Below are positions 31,829 through 42,722 of a stretch of 64,000 bases of DNA, piece by piece. The notes beneath the pieces are model-generated. The model made no database searches. It was not told the origin of the DNA and saw only the letters and a program-made list of their open reading frames with translations. The number at the start of each line of letters is the position of its first letter. Positions within the stretch are counted from its first letter, which is position 1. The position numbers and the translations under genes were made by a program. The DNA comes from an uncultured Chloroflexia bacterium (GTDB taxonomy: Bacteria; Chloroflexota; Limnocylindria; Limnocylindrales; CSP1-4): positions 448,001-512,000 of the forward strand of contig CAVQJC010000020.1 in the NCBI GenBank assembly GCA_963712745.1, in the 5' to 3' direction.

Positions 31829-31951
31829 CTACCTCCGCCTGTCCCCAGACTCCCGCCGGGAGCCGGTAATAAGGCCGACAAGCTCGAGTACGATGAGCTC
31901 AAGCTTGGCAACCAGGGCTACCTCTACAGGCTGGGGCAGATTGACGGGCAC
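31829..31951 (-). CDS. Putative ilv-leu operon leader peptide (start uncertain)
   Basis: (V)PVNLPQPVEVALVAKLELIVLELVGLITGSRRESGDRRR*: Val/Leu/Ile-rich, with A/T-ending codons, directly upstream of the terminator. Confidence 0.7.
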   Translation of the reverse strand: MPVNLPQPVEVALVAKLELIVLELVGLITGSRRESGDRRR

Positions 31952-32279
31952 GCGCTTGCCGTCGCCACGGATGGCGAGTGCGGCGTAGTTGCGCTGCCGA
32001 TCGGTCTGGCCCATCTGTCGAGACGACCCCTTGTGCGGAGAGATTGGCCCGACTGTACACGCTCAGGCGCGGACGTGTCCAGCACGGCCGTTGGTACTGT
32101 CGCAGGTCACGTGGATAGTCCGGGGTAGTGCGGTGCGGTCAGGTGCGGGCGCGCTCACGTACGCGGGAGCCCGCCACGCTGGGTCGCGCCCGGACATCGA
32201 GGTCTGGCCCGAAACGGGCACAATGGCGTCAACACCGCTGCAATCCCAGCACAGCCCAATCCACCAGGAGGATGACGAC

Positions 32280-33278
32280 GTGGTCGGCATCGGCATCATC
32301 GGCACCGGCAAGCAGGGCGCGGATCACGCTCGCCGCATCAGCTCGCTGGGTGAGAGGGCCCGGCTCGTAGCGGTCCACGACCTCGATCATGACCTCGCCG
32401 TCCGCGTGGCCGGGGAATGCGGCTGCCGAGTCGCCTCCAGCGACCAGGCACTCATCGAAGATCCGGACGTCGAGGCCGTCGTGGTCGCCAGCGTTACCGA
32501 GACGCACGTGCCACTGGTGCTGGCTTGCATCGCCGCCGGCAAACCGGTGCTCACCGAGAAGCCACTGGGTATCACCGTGCCCACCTGCGAGAGTGTGCTC
32601 GACGCGGAGATCGCGGCCGGCCGCCGCTTGACCACGGTCGGCTTCATGCGTCGCTTCGATCCGGAGTACGGCCGCCTCAAGGCGACCGTGGAAGCCGGCT
32701 CCATCGGCGAGCCCCTGGTGGTGCACTGCATCCACCGCAACCCGCAGGTGCCCGCTCGCCACGTCACCCGCCAGACGTTGACCGATACCGTGGTCCATGA
32801 GATCGACATCGCCCGCTGGCTGCTGGGCGAGGAGATCGTGAGCGTGGCGCTGGAGAAGCCACGCCACCAGCCCAGCGTCAGCCATCAGCTTGCCGACCCC
32901 CTGCTGGTACGCCTCGAAGCCCGCAACGGCGCGCGCGTGGACGTGGAGGTCTTTGCCAATGCCGGCTACGGGTACGACGTCCGCTGCGAGGTGCTCGGCG
33001 ACAAGGGCTACGTCGCCATGGGCAACGGCCCCTTCGACCTGGTCACGCCCGAGTCGGCACCGGAGCAGGGCTTCCCGGCCGACTGGCTGGCTCGCTTCCG
33101 ACCCGCCTACGACGCCGAGATCGGTCACTGGGTCGAGAGCATCCATGGGCCCGCCCCGTCACCTAGCGCCTGGGACGGTTATGCCGCCACGGTAGTGGCC
33201 GAGGCGCTCGTGCGCGCCCTGCAGACGGGCCACCGCGAAGCGGTCTCGGTGGGCCCTCGCCCCGACCTCTACCGCTAG
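32280..33278 (+). CDS. Gfo/Idh/MocA oxidoreductase (inositol 2-dehydrogenase-like)
   Basis: GIIGTG, EKP, GFMRRFDP, HEID, YGYDVRCEV; AGGAGG RBS. Confidence 0.88.
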   Translation: MVGIGIIGTGKQGADHARRISSLGERARLVAVHDLDHDLAVRVAGECGCRVASSDQALIEDPDVEAVVVASVTETHVPLVLACIAAGKPVLTEKPLGITVPTCESVLDAEIAAGRRLTTVGFMRRFDPEYGRLKATVEAGSIGEPLVVHCIHRNPQVPARHVTRQTLTDTVVHEIDIARWLLGEEIVSVALEKPRHQPSVSHQLADPLLVRLEARNGARVDVEVFANAGYGYDVRCEVLGDKGYVAMGNGPFDLVTPESAPEQGFPADWLARFRPAYDAEIGHWVESIHGPAPSPSAWDGYAATVVAEALVRALQTGHREAVSVGPRPDLYR

Positions 33279-33350
33279 TCGTGAGGGACGCTCGGGAGCG
33301 CGCCATCACAGCCGGGATGCACCCGGTCGCGCCTCTGCTACGCTCGGGAC

Positions 33351-34799
33351 ATGTCTAGCACCGCAGGCGCGCCGCGCACACTCGTCCAGAAGATCTGGGA
33401 CGACCACGTCGTCCACCAGGAGCCGGGTGCTCCCACCGTCCTCGGCATCGACCTCCATCTCGTCCACGAGGTCACCAGCCCGCAGGCCTTCGAGGGTCTC
33501 CGGCGTCGCGACCTCAGGGTGCGCCATCCTGAACGCACCATCGCGACCGCGGACCATTCCACGCCCACTCATGACCGCTCGCTGCCCATCCTGGACCAGC
33601 AGGCCAGCTTCCAGCTGGCCAAGCTGCAGGCCAACTGCGATGAGTTCGGCGTCCCGCTCTATGCCCTGGGCTCCGACCGCCAGGGCATCGTCCACGTCAT
33701 CGGCCCTGAGCTCGGTCTGACCCAGCCGGGCATGACCATCGTGTGCGGTGACTCGCACACCGCCACTCATGGTGCGTTCGGTGCGCTGGCCTTCGGCATC
33801 GGTACTTCCGAGGTCGAGATGGTGCTGGCCACGCAGACCCTCTTGCAGCGCCCGCTCAAGACCTATGCGGTCAACGTCACGGGTGCCCTGGCCTCCGGGG
33901 TGACCTCGAAGGACATCATCCTCAACCTCATCTCGCGGATCGGCGTCGGTGGCGGAACCGGCCATGTCTTCGAGTACCGCGGCGAGGCCATCGAAGCGCT
34001 GACGATGGAGCAGCGCATGACCATCTGCAACATGTCCATCGAGGGTGGCGCCCGGGCCGGGCTCATCGCGCCCGACGACACGACCTTCGAGTACGTCGCC
34101 GGCCGGCCTCATGCCCCCGCGGGCGAGGCCTTCGACCGGGCCGTAGCCTACTGGCGCACGCTCCCGTCCGACCCCGGTGCGACGTATGACAAGTCGATCA
34201 CCATCGAGGCCGATGCACTCGAGCCGATGATCACCTACGGCACCAACCCCGGCATGGGCATCGGTATCAGCGACGCCGTCCCCCGACCCGATGACGCCGC
34301 CAGCGATGCGGAGCGGCGCAACCTCGAGAAGGCGCTCACCTACATGGACCTCGAGCCGGGTGTGTCGCTCAAGGGCCACAGGGTGGACACCGTCTTCATC
34401 GGCTCCTGCACCAACAGCCGCATCAGCGATCTGCGCCAAGCGGCCACGCTCATCAAGGGCCAACACTTCGCACCCGGGGTCCGCGTGATGGTGGTGCCCG
34501 GCTCACAGCAGGTGAAGGTCCAGGCCGAGCAGGAAGGCATCGCCGACATCTTCCGCGACGCCGGCGCCGACTGGCGGGAAGCGGGTTGCTCGATGTGCAT
34601 CGCCATGAACGGCGACCAGGGCGATCCCGGCGAGTACATCATCAGCACCAGCAACCGCAACTTCGAGGGCCGCCAGGGCAAGGGCGCCCGCACCTTCCTG
34701 GCTTCACCCCTGACCGCGGCCGCGACGGCCCTGACCGGCGTCATCACCGACCCGCGGCCCCTCGTCCAACGCACCTCCGCAGCGGTGGGAGAGAAGTAG
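33351..34799 (+). CDS. leuC: 3-isopropylmalate dehydratase large subunit
   Basis: [42 protein letters not shown]. Confidence 0.96.
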   Translation: MSSTAGAPRTLVQKIWDDHVVHQEPGAPTVLGIDLHLVHEVTSPQAFEGLRRRDLRVRHPERTIATADHSTPTHDRSLPILDQQASFQLAKLQANCDEFGVPLYALGSDRQGIVHVIGPELGLTQPGMTIVCGDSHTATHGAFGALAFGIGTSEVEMVLATQTLLQRPLKTYAVNVTGALASGVTSKDIILNLISRIGVGGGTGHVFEYRGEAIEALTMEQRMTICNMSIEGGARAGLIAPDDTTFEYVAGRPHAPAGEAFDRAVAYWRTLPSDPGATYDKSITIEADALEPMITYGTNPGMGIGISDAVPRPDDAASDAERRNLEKALTYMDLEPGVSLKGHRVDTVFIGSCTNSRISDLRQAATLIKGQHFAPGVRVMVVPGSQQVKVQAEQEGIADIFRDAGADWREAGCSMCIAMNGDQGDPGEYIISTSNRNFEGRQGKGARTFLASPLTAAATALTGVITDPRPLVQRTSAAVGEK

Positions 34800-34801
34800 C
34801 C

Positions 34802-35425
34802 ATGTCCGAACCGTTCACCAGCTTCAGCAGTGCCCTCATCCCGCTGCCCGCCGAGAACGTCGACACCGACCAGATCATCCCCGCGCGCTTCCTCAAGACG
34901 ACTGAGAAGTCCGGTCTTGCCGACGCGCTCTTCTACGACTGGCGCTATGACGAGAACGGCGATCCCCGGCCGGACTTCATCATCAACAAGCCGGAGATGC
35001 AGGGCCGCCAGGTGTTACTGGCCGGCGACAACTTCGGGGCCGGCTCCTCGCGCGAGCACGCGCCCTGGGCGTTGACCTCGTGGGGTATCCGGGCCATCCT
35101 CTCGACCAGCTTCGCGGACATCTTCCGCAACAACTCGCTCAAGAACGGCCTGCTCCCGATCATCGTCGACGAGGACACCCATCGCGCGCTCTTCGAGAGC
35201 TACGCCGACCGGCCAGACGACATCGTCACCGTCGATCTCGAAGCCCAGATGGTCCACCTCCCCGGCGACCAGGACATCGCCTTCGAGGTCGATCCGTTCG
35301 CCCGGCAGATGCTGCTCGAGGGCAAGGACGAGATCGGCTGGCTGCTGGACCGAGCCCACGCCATCGATACCTGGGAGGCGGCCAATCCCGCCCGCATCGA
35401 TACCCGACGGACCGACGCCGCCTGA
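34802..35425 (+). CDS. leuD: 3-isopropylmalate dehydratase small subunit
   Basis: [32 protein letters not shown]. Confidence 0.96.
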   Translation: MSEPFTSFSSALIPLPAENVDTDQIIPARFLKTTEKSGLADALFYDWRYDENGDPRPDFIINKPEMQGRQVLLAGDNFGAGSSREHAPWALTSWGIRAILSTSFADIFRNNSLKNGLLPIIVDEDTHRALFESYADRPDDIVTVDLEAQMVHLPGDQDIAFEVDPFARQMLLEGKDEIGWLLDRAHAIDTWEAANPARIDTRRTDAA

Positions 35426-35450
35426 GGCGGCACCACGCGGAGAGCCCGAC

Positions 35451-37166
35451 ATGCCCCTGCCCTACGACCAGGCGAGCAACCCTGCCAAGCGCCATTCCGC
35501 CAAGCTCACCGACGGGCCCGACCGTGCCGGTGCCCGCGCCATGCTCAAGGCGGTGGGCTTCACCGATGAGGACCTGGCCAAGCCCATCATCGGCGTGGCC
35601 ACGACCTGGATCGAGACCATGCCCTGCAACCTCAACCAGCGTCGCCTGGCGGAGTCCGTGAAGGAGGGCATCAGGGCCGCCGGCGGCACGCCCATGGAGT
35701 TCAACACCATCGCGGTCTCGGATGGCGTGGCCATGGGCACCGAGGGCATGAAGGCCTCGCTCGTCAGCCGGGAGGTCGTGGCCGACTCCATCGAGCTGGT
35801 CGCGCGTGGCCATCTCTTCGACGGCCTGGTCGCCCTCTCCGGCTGCGACAAGACCAATCCCGGCGCGGCCATGGCCGTCGCTCGCCTCGACATCCCCAGC
35901 GTGATCCTCTACAACGGCACTATCTACCCGGGCATCTACAAGGGCCAGCCCCAGGACGTCGTCAGCGTGTACGAGGCCATCGGCGCCTACAACGCCGGCA
36001 AGCTGACGGCGGAAGAGCTGTATGCCATCGAGGAGGTGGCCTGCCCGGGTGCCGGTGCCTGTGGCGGCCAGTTCACGGCCAACACCATGAGCATGTGCCT
36101 GGAGTTCATGGGCCTCTCGCCGGCCGGGCTCAACGGCATCCCGGCTGAAGACCCCAAGAAGGACGACGCGGCACGAGCCTGCGGCGAGCTGGCCATGGAC
36201 CTGGTGCGCCGCGACGTGCGGCCGAGCTCCTACGTGACGCGCGACTCCATCGACAACGCGGTCGCCGGCGTGGCCGCCACCGGCGGCTCCACCAACGCGG
36301 TCCTGCACATGCTGGCCATCGCGCGTGAGTTCGACATCGAGTTCAGCGTCGATGACTTCCACGTGATCGCCGAGCGGACACCGATGATCGGCGACCTGCG
36401 TCCCGGTGGCCGCTACTCGGCCGCCGACATCTACGACGCCGGAGGGGTCGGCATCGTCATCCGCGAGTTGCTCAAGCGGGATCTCATGCACGGCGACTCG
36501 GCCACGGTCGATGGCCAGACGCTGGCCCAGATCGCAGCGGGCGTGAAGGAAACGCCAGGGCAGGATGTCTTTCGCCCGATCGAGGACCCCATCAAGGCCA
36601 CCGGCGGCCTGGCCATCCTGCACGGCACGCTGGCACCCGAGGGCTGCGTCATCAAGCTGGCCGGTCACGAGACGCGCAGGTTCAGCGGCCCGGCACGCGT
36701 GTATGACTCGGAGAACGCCTGCTTCGCCGCGGTCAAGGCCGGCGACATCAAGCCCGGCGATGTGGTCGTGCTGCGCTACGAGGGCCCAGTCGGCGGCCCT
36801 GGCATGCAGGAGATGCTTGGCGTCACCGCGGCGCTCGTGGGCGAAGGCCTGGGCGCCGACGTGGCGCTGCTTACCGACGGCCGCTTCAGCGGCGGCACGC
36901 GCGGCCTGATGATCGGCCACGTGGCGCCCGAGGCCGCCTTGGGCGGGCCGATCGCGCTGGTCGAGGAGGGCGACACCGTCACCATCGACGTCGACCGTCG
37001 AGCGCTCGACCTCGAGGTCGATGAGGCCGTGCTGGCCCAGCGACGCGCGCGCTGGACAGCGCCGGAGCCGCGCTACCGGACCGGCGTGCTGGCCAAGTAC
37101 GCAGCGCTCGTAAGCTCGGCCAGCGAGGGCGCCATCACGCGGCCGACCCCTCGCGGCGAGGTCTGA
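35451..37166 (+). CDS. ilvD: Dihydroxy-acid dehydratase
   Basis: [32 protein letters not shown]. Confidence 0.96.
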   Translation: MPLPYDQASNPAKRHSAKLTDGPDRAGARAMLKAVGFTDEDLAKPIIGVATTWIETMPCNLNQRRLAESVKEGIRAAGGTPMEFNTIAVSDGVAMGTEGMKASLVSREVVADSIELVARGHLFDGLVALSGCDKTNPGAAMAVARLDIPSVILYNGTIYPGIYKGQPQDVVSVYEAIGAYNAGKLTAEELYAIEEVACPGAGACGGQFTANTMSMCLEFMGLSPAGLNGIPAEDPKKDDAARACGELAMDLVRRDVRPSSYVTRDSIDNAVAGVAATGGSTNAVLHMLAIAREFDIEFSVDDFHVIAERTPMIGDLRPGGRYSAADIYDAGGVGIVIRELLKRDLMHGDSATVDGQTLAQIAAGVKETPGQDVFRPIEDPIKATGGLAILHGTLAPEGCVIKLAGHETRRFSGPARVYDSENACFAAVKAGDIKPGDVVVLRYEGPVGGPGMQEMLGVTAALVGEGLGADVALLTDGRFSGGTRGLMIGHVAPEAALGGPIALVEEGDTVTIDVDRRALDLEVDEAVLAQRRARWTAPEPRYRTGVLAKYAALVSSASEGAITRPTPRGEV

Positions 37167-37230
37167 CCCGCCCTCCGACCAGACCCTCTGGGAGATCCAC
37201 GCCCGCGCCCGGGGGCGCCTGCGAGCAGGC

Positions 37231-38430
37231 CTAGGGCTGCTCGTATCGAGCGCGCAGCGTGTCGTTGGACCCCTTGGGCGCGTTGTTGTGCCAGGCCTCC
37301 ATCAGCTGCGACGACTTGTTGGCGCCTCGGAGGAGGGCACCGACGCGGGTGCCCTTGTGCCCGTAGGCCCGGCTGCCCCAGGTGGCGCCGCTATCGGTCG
37401 ACTGGACGCGCCGCGGCAGCAGCCGGCTGTCGTCCTTGGACCAGGCCCCGGCCTCGAGGACGATGCGCTTGCCCACCACGTCGAGGGAGTACGGCCGCGA
37501 GGGGTGTTTGGCATTGCCCGTGTTGATGAGGCTCTTGGCGTTGGAGAAGGTCGCCCCGAGGTCGTCGCTGATCTCGACCTTGACCTTGCCGGCGTCCGAG
37601 TAGGCCACCACCAGCCGTTGCCCGAGGGCGGCCATGACCGGGTCGCTGATACCGCTGAAAGCGATGGACTGGGTGGCTTGTCCGGTGACGTTGGGCGGGA
37701 TGCCTTTCCCGATGCCGAAGCGCTTGAGGCGGAGGTGCCCGCCCTGCACGTAGGCCACCGCGACCGAGTCGGAAGTGCCGGCCACGGCCAGCCCGCTGCC
37801 GAGCTCGGCCGGACCCAGGTTGAAGGTCCGCTTGAACTTGGGCGCCGTGCCCAACTTCTCGAGACTGCGCAACATCAGGCGCGCCCGCTCCTTGGAACCC
37901 TTCTTCTCGAGCCAGGCGATGGCGAGGAGGTCGTTGCCGGCGCACGCAACGGAGACGTCGCGGACCTGGCGGTCCTTGGAGGTGCTCGTCATCAGCGCCT
38001 GGGCCGCTTCGCCACCGAGTCGACGACTGGTAAGGAAGACATCGGAATCGCCGCGGCGGTCAGAGCTGCTCCGATAGGCGCTGCCGACCCATACGCGACC
38101 AGCGCAGATGTCAAGCGACATGCCCAGCGAGGGCACGCCCACCACGGGGAACCTGCGCATCTTGCCGCTGTTCTTGCTGTAGGTGGCGCCGCCATCCCGG
38201 CTGAAGGTCAGCCACAGCTGACCGGGCTTGGTGCCCTCGTGCCAGCCCACGGCCACGACCTTCTCGCTGCCGAGCTTGTCGGTGGCGACGTCCTTGACGC
38301 GCAACAGGCTCGAGGAGCGCAGCGGGCTGGGTTTGGCCTCCTTGGTGGCGCCCACCATCGGCGCGGCCGCGATCAGCATCAGCGTCAAGGCGGATGCGAC
38401 GGCCAGCAGGAGTCTTCGCTTGACGACCAT
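37231..38430 (-). CDS. Secreted basic protein with BNR/Asp-box repeats (beta-propeller-like)
   Basis: Signal peptide; SRDGGATY, SDDLGATF, STDSGATW. Confidence 0.7.
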   Translation of the reverse strand: MVVKRRLLLAVASALTLMLIAAAPMVGATKEAKPSPLRSSSLLRVKDVATDKLGSEKVVAVGWHEGTKPGQLWLTFSRDGGATYSKNSGKMRRFPVVGVPSLGMSLDICAGRVWVGSAYRSSSDRRGDSDVFLTSRRLGGEAAQALMTSTSKDRQVRDVSVACAGNDLLAIAWLEKKGSKERARLMLRSLEKLGTAPKFKRTFNLGPAELGSGLAVAGTSDSVAVAYVQGGHLRLKRFGIGKGIPPNVTGQATQSIAFSGISDPVMAALGQRLVVAYSDAGKVKVEISDDLGATFSNAKSLINTGNAKHPSRPYSLDVVGKRIVLEAGAWSKDDSRLLPRRVQSTDSGATWGSRAYGHKGTRVGALLRGANKSSQLMEAWHNNAPKGSNDTLRARYEQP

Positions 38431-38582
38431 GGCGTTTTCCTCCTACGCGGTCTCTCTATTCGCTTCCATCCCTCTCGGGCGCAGCCTACATCGCCTGTGC
38501 ACACTCCGCTGACGAGCGGATGCGCGCGGATGGTGAACGGCCCGTGAAGGGGCCGGACGACCTGGTTCCCCGCGCGCCGCGC

Positions 38583-39107
38583 CTAACGCCGGCGACTCGC
38601 CCGCCGCAGTCCGCCGCGCTCGGTGACGGCGTGGCTCGCGAGGGCCGCCACGCCCATGGCCACCAACGCCCGCTCTGCCATGGGCATGGGCCGCACGACC
38701 GCGAGGAACTGGTCCGCTCGCTCACGGTCCACGCCCCCCAGCAGGAGCTGCCCTGCGGGTGTGAGCGTGAGGACCCGCTGGCGGCGGTCAGCGACCTCCT
38801 CAGCGCGGTCGACATACCCGCGTTCTGCGAGCTGGCTCACCAGGCGGCTCGTGGCCGAGGGGGACCGGTCGAGCTGCTCAGCCAGATCGCCGATGGTCAA
38901 GGTCACCGGCCCACCGATGGCGTAGAGCGCGGCCAGGGCCGTGAAACCGATGTCAAGGGAGCCCAGCTGGTGGGCGAAGCCGATCACGAGCTCGCGCCAT
39001 AGAGCACGCCCCACCGCGATGCGATCCGATAGGATGCGCGGATTCTGAAGCTCGTCGCGAGCGGCCTGGACGACGGGTGAGAGCAGTGGATCATCCATCC
39101 TGTGCAT
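38583..39107 (-). CDS. MarR-family transcriptional regulator (start uncertain)
   Basis: TIGDLAEQL..SPSATSRLVSQL..RGYV.R...DRR...LTLTPAG. Confidence 0.88.
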   Translation of the reverse strand: MHRMDDPLLSPVVQAARDELQNPRILSDRIAVGRALWRELVIGFAHQLGSLDIGFTALAALYAIGGPVTLTIGDLAEQLDRSPSATSRLVSQLAERGYVDRAEEVADRRQRVLTLTPAGQLLLGGVDRERADQFLAVVRPMPMAERALVAMGVAALASHAVTERGGLRRASRRR

Positions 39108-39234
39108 GATTGCATATATTTCCGATGGTGGGTCCTCATCTCCTGCTACGGTTCGGACGGCGCCGGAGGTGTGCGCCCCGCCGTGCACGGAGACATCGCG
39201 GCGTACCTTGAGCGACAGAGGGGAGCATCGATCG

Positions 39235-40173
39235 GTGCCTGCCTACATCTACCCCGGACAGGGCTCACAGTCGGTCGGCATGGGCAGGGCGCTGGCCGCG
39301 GTGTCCCCAGAGGCTGCGGCCGTGTGGCAGGCGGCCGACGACGCCCTGGGAGAGCCCATCTCCAGGCTGGCCTGGGAGGGCCCGGCCGAGCAGCTCGACC
39401 TGACCGTCAATGCGCAGCCGGCGCTGCTGGCCGCATCGATCGCCGCCCAACGGGCGCTCGAAGCCAGCCTGATGGGTGGTCGCTCACCGTTGGGGCCGCC
39501 TGACTACTTGGCCGGGCATTCCATGGGTCAGTACAGCGCGATGGTGGCGGCCGGCGTGCTCGAACTCTCCGATGCCGTGCGCCTCGTCCGCGAGCGCGGC
39601 CGCCTGATGCAGGCGTCCTCCGGGGATGGCGCCATGGCGGCCATCATCGGCCTGCCCGACGAGCGCATCGATGAGCTCATAGCCGTGGGCGCACCACTGG
39701 GCATCATCACCGTGGCCAACAGGAATTCGCCGGGACAGATCGTCATCAGCGGCCAGCGCGTGGCGGTCGAGGCGGCGGCGGCGGGCGCCAAGGGCCTGGG
39801 CGCCCGGCGCGGCATGGTCCTGCCGGTGAGCGTGGCCGCCCACTCCTCGCTCATGGCCGAGGCCGCCGAGGGCATGCGCCGGGCCCTCGCCGACATCACG
39901 TTCCACGCGCCCGCGGCGCCGCTCCTGGCCAACGCCGACGCCGTCGAACTCGACGACGGCGAGGCCTGCCGCGACGAGCTCATCGACCACCTCACCCGCG
40001 GCGTGGACTGGGTCACCGCCGTGGAGACCATGGCCAGCGCCGGCACCGACACCTTCGTGGAAGTCGGACCTGGCAAGGTCCTGACCGGGCTGGTCCGCCG
40101 TATCGCGCCCGAGGCGACGACCGTCGCCATCGACGACATCACCACCGAGAGCGGCCTCGAGTTGCCCGCCTAA
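39235..40173 (+). CDS. fabD: Malonyl-CoA:ACP transacylase
   Basis: PGQGSQ, AQPAL, GHSMG, N.NSPGQIVISG, LPVSVAAHS, EVGPGKVL. Confidence 0.94.
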   Translation: MPAYIYPGQGSQSVGMGRALAAVSPEAAAVWQAADDALGEPISRLAWEGPAEQLDLTVNAQPALLAASIAAQRALEASLMGGRSPLGPPDYLAGHSMGQYSAMVAAGVLELSDAVRLVRERGRLMQASSGDGAMAAIIGLPDERIDELIAVGAPLGIITVANRNSPGQIVISGQRVAVEAAAAGAKGLGARRGMVLPVSVAAHSSLMAEAAEGMRRALADITFHAPAAPLLANADAVELDDGEACRDELIDHLTRGVDWVTAVETMASAGTDTFVEVGPGKVLTGLVRRIAPEATTVAIDDITTESGLELPA

Positions 40174-40200
40174 CGCCCCACAGGAGTAGACCAAGCACCC

Positions 40201-41466
40201 ATGCGCCGTCCCGACTTCACCCGCCGCGTGGCCATCACTGGCCTCGGCATCATCAGCCCAGTGGGCACTGACATCACCTCTGCCTGGGACAACCTCGTGG
40301 CCGGTAACAGCGGCCTCCAGCGCATCACCCGCTGGGACCCCGAGATCACGCCCTGCCATGCCGCGGGCGAAGTCAACGACTTCGATCCCAAGGAGTGGAT
40401 GAACTTCAAAGCCGTTCGCCGCACGGACAAGAACGTCGTCTTCGGGGTCGCCGCGGCCAAGCAGGCCATGATCGACTCGGGTTTCGAGATCACCGACGAG
40501 AACGCCGACGAGTTCGGCGTCTACTTCGGCTCCGGGGTCGGGGGCCCCGGCCTCATGGCCGACGCCATGGAGACGCTCGAAACCAAGGGCGGCAAGAGCG
40601 TCAGCCCCTTCTTCATCGCCAACATGCTGCCGGATACGGCCTCGGGTCAGATCGCCATCGAGCTCGGAGCCAAGGGCCCGAACATGGCCATCGTCACGGC
40701 CTGCTCGACGGGCACACACAACATCGGCGAAGCGGCCGAGGGCATCCGCCGCGGCGACTTCATGGCGGCTGTCTGCGGATCTACCGAGACGCCCCTCTAC
40801 GAGGTCGGCTACGTCGGCTTCAGCAACATGCGCGGCATGGGCACGCCCCGTGAAGGCCGACCGCTGTCGGACATCTCGCGACCGTTCGACCGCACCCGTG
40901 ACGGCTTCGTGCTGGGCGAAGGCGCCGGCGCCCTGCTCGTGGAAGACCTGGAGCTGGCCAAGGCAAGGGGTGCACGCGTCTACGCCGAGGTCGTGGGCTA
41001 TGGCAACGCCGCCGATGCCTGGGACCTCATCCAGCCGGTGGAGAAGGGCGACGGCGTGCGCCGCGCCATGGAGTGGGCACTCGAGCGGCACGGCGTACCA
41101 CGCGACGAGATCGACATGATCAACCCGCATGGCACCTCCACGCCCCTGGGCGACTTGCGCGAGGCGGAGGCCATCAAGGCCGTCTTCCCCGACACCTACA
41201 AACGCGTGGGCATCAGCGGCACCAAGTCGATGACCGGCCACCTCATGGGCGCGGCCGGTGCCATCGAGGGCGTGTTCACCGCCCTCTCGGTGCACCACCA
41301 GGTCATCCCCGCCACCCAGAACTACCTCGAGCCGGACCCCGAGATCGACCTCGACATCGTGGCTGGCGATTCTCGCGAACAGGAGATCCGCTACGCCATG
41401 AGCGACAACATCGGCCTTGGCGGTCACAACGGCGCCATCATCTTCAAGCGCTACCTCGGCGACTGA
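40201..41466 (+). CDS. fabF: Beta-ketoacyl-ACP synthase II, copy 1
   Basis: Cys-His-His triad in TACSTG, PHGTST, TGHLMG. Confidence 0.9.
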   Translation: MRRPDFTRRVAITGLGIISPVGTDITSAWDNLVAGNSGLQRITRWDPEITPCHAAGEVNDFDPKEWMNFKAVRRTDKNVVFGVAAAKQAMIDSGFEITDENADEFGVYFGSGVGGPGLMADAMETLETKGGKSVSPFFIANMLPDTASGQIAIELGAKGPNMAIVTACSTGTHNIGEAAEGIRRGDFMAAVCGSTETPLYEVGYVGFSNMRGMGTPREGRPLSDISRPFDRTRDGFVLGEGAGALLVEDLELAKARGARVYAEVVGYGNAADAWDLIQPVEKGDGVRRAMEWALERHGVPRDEIDMINPHGTSTPLGDLREAEAIKAVFPDTYKRVGISGTKSMTGHLMGAAGAIEGVFTALSVHHQVIPATQNYLEPDPEIDLDIVAGDSREQEIRYAMSDNIGLGGHNGAIIFKRYLGD

Positions 41467-41592
41467 ACCTCTGGCTCGGGCGCGCCCCAGCGCCACGCGC
41501 CGGCACCGGGCTCCCGGGCGCTCGACAGGCGGCGCAGAATACGGAGGTCTCGAGACGATCGGGGCCTGGGCGAGACACGCGCGGAGGGCCTG

Positions 41593-42633
41593 ATGCGCAA
41601 AGCCGGACTGAGATTGCCCATCCTGGCGGTCGCGCTGGCGATGCTGGTCGTGGCGGCGGGTGGCGTCGCGCCGGCCGCCTCAGCGTCGGCCGCGGACTAT
41701 CGTGTCCGTCACTATGACCTGGCCAAGGTCTCCCGTGGTCAGTTGCCCTGGACCGCCGAGCCACGCCTCAAGCTGCCCGCACACAAGCCGCGTGACGCAC
41801 AGGGCGTGCCCATGTACCTCGTCGACGGTCGCCGCTACTACCGTCCCGGCGCCCTGGCCATCAGCGGCATGAAGCGGATCGACACCTGGATCGAGACCGG
41901 CAACAAGCGGCAGCTCAAGCAGGCGCTGCTGCAGGCCAGCAAGCTGCGGAGCCTGGCCGTCGACCAGCGCGACGCCTGGTGGCTGCCCTTCCGCTACGAC
42001 TACCCGCCCGCGGGCATGCGCGCCCCCTGGGTCAACGCCATGACCCAGGGACTGGCCATCTCATTCTTCGTGCGCCTCTACCGCGTCACCGACGATGTCA
42101 TCCACCTCAAGGCAGCCAGGCGCGTCTTTCGCAGCTTCCTGCGCCCCCAGCGCCAGGGCAGGCTGTGGGTCAGCCATGTCGACGCGCGGGGCTACCTGTG
42201 GCTCGAGCACTACCCGGGCCCAGGGCCGGACATGGTGCTCAATGCGCACATGCACGCCCTGTTCGGCATCTACGAGTACTGGCAGGTGACCGAGGACCCC
42301 AAGGCGCGACGGGTCCTCGAGGGTGCGATCACCACCATGCGCGACAACGCTACCCGCTTCCGCAGGCCCGGTGGCTACAGTCTCTACGACCTGGTCGCCC
42401 GTACCCGGCACGCGAAGTACCACAAGATCCACATCTGGCAGCTGCGCCTGCTCGCCAGCATCTCGAGCGATCCCTGGTTCTGGCGGCTGGCCGACAAGTT
42501 CGCACGCGACGCGCGGCCCACCGGCTATGTGCCGGGGCGACCAGCCAAACGCGGCACTGCGCCCACGGCACTCCCCGCGGACAACCTGTCCAAGGCGGTC
42601 GAACTGGTCGCGGGCCTAAGGCCGGTCGACTAG
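41593..42633 (+). CDS. Secreted D-glucuronyl C5-epimerase-like (C-terminal domain) protein
   Basis: Signal peptide; WVNAMTQG.AIS..VR, WLEHYP, VLNAHMHALFGIYE, SLYDL, YHKIHI.QL. Confidence 0.75.
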   Translation: MRKAGLRLPILAVALAMLVVAAGGVAPAASASAADYRVRHYDLAKVSRGQLPWTAEPRLKLPAHKPRDAQGVPMYLVDGRRYYRPGALAISGMKRIDTWIETGNKRQLKQALLQASKLRSLAVDQRDAWWLPFRYDYPPAGMRAPWVNAMTQGLAISFFVRLYRVTDDVIHLKAARRVFRSFLRPQRQGRLWVSHVDARGYLWLEHYPGPGPDMVLNAHMHALFGIYEYWQVTEDPKARRVLEGAITTMRDNATRFRRPGGYSLYDLVARTRHAKYHKIHIWQLRLLASISSDPWFWRLADKFARDARPTGYVPGRPAKRGTAPTALPADNLSKAVELVAGLRPVD

Positions 42634-42722
42634 GAACGCCGACCGGGGCATAGCTCGCGGCCGCGATCGTCAGCGCGGTCGGCTACGATCCACGCACATA
42701 CCTCAGAGGAGTCCGCGATACC

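Noticed and set aside
31650-32200. T-box riboswitch upstream of ilvB
   Set aside because: No T-box consensus (AAGGTGGTACC-like) was found; a leader-peptide attenuator explains the region better.
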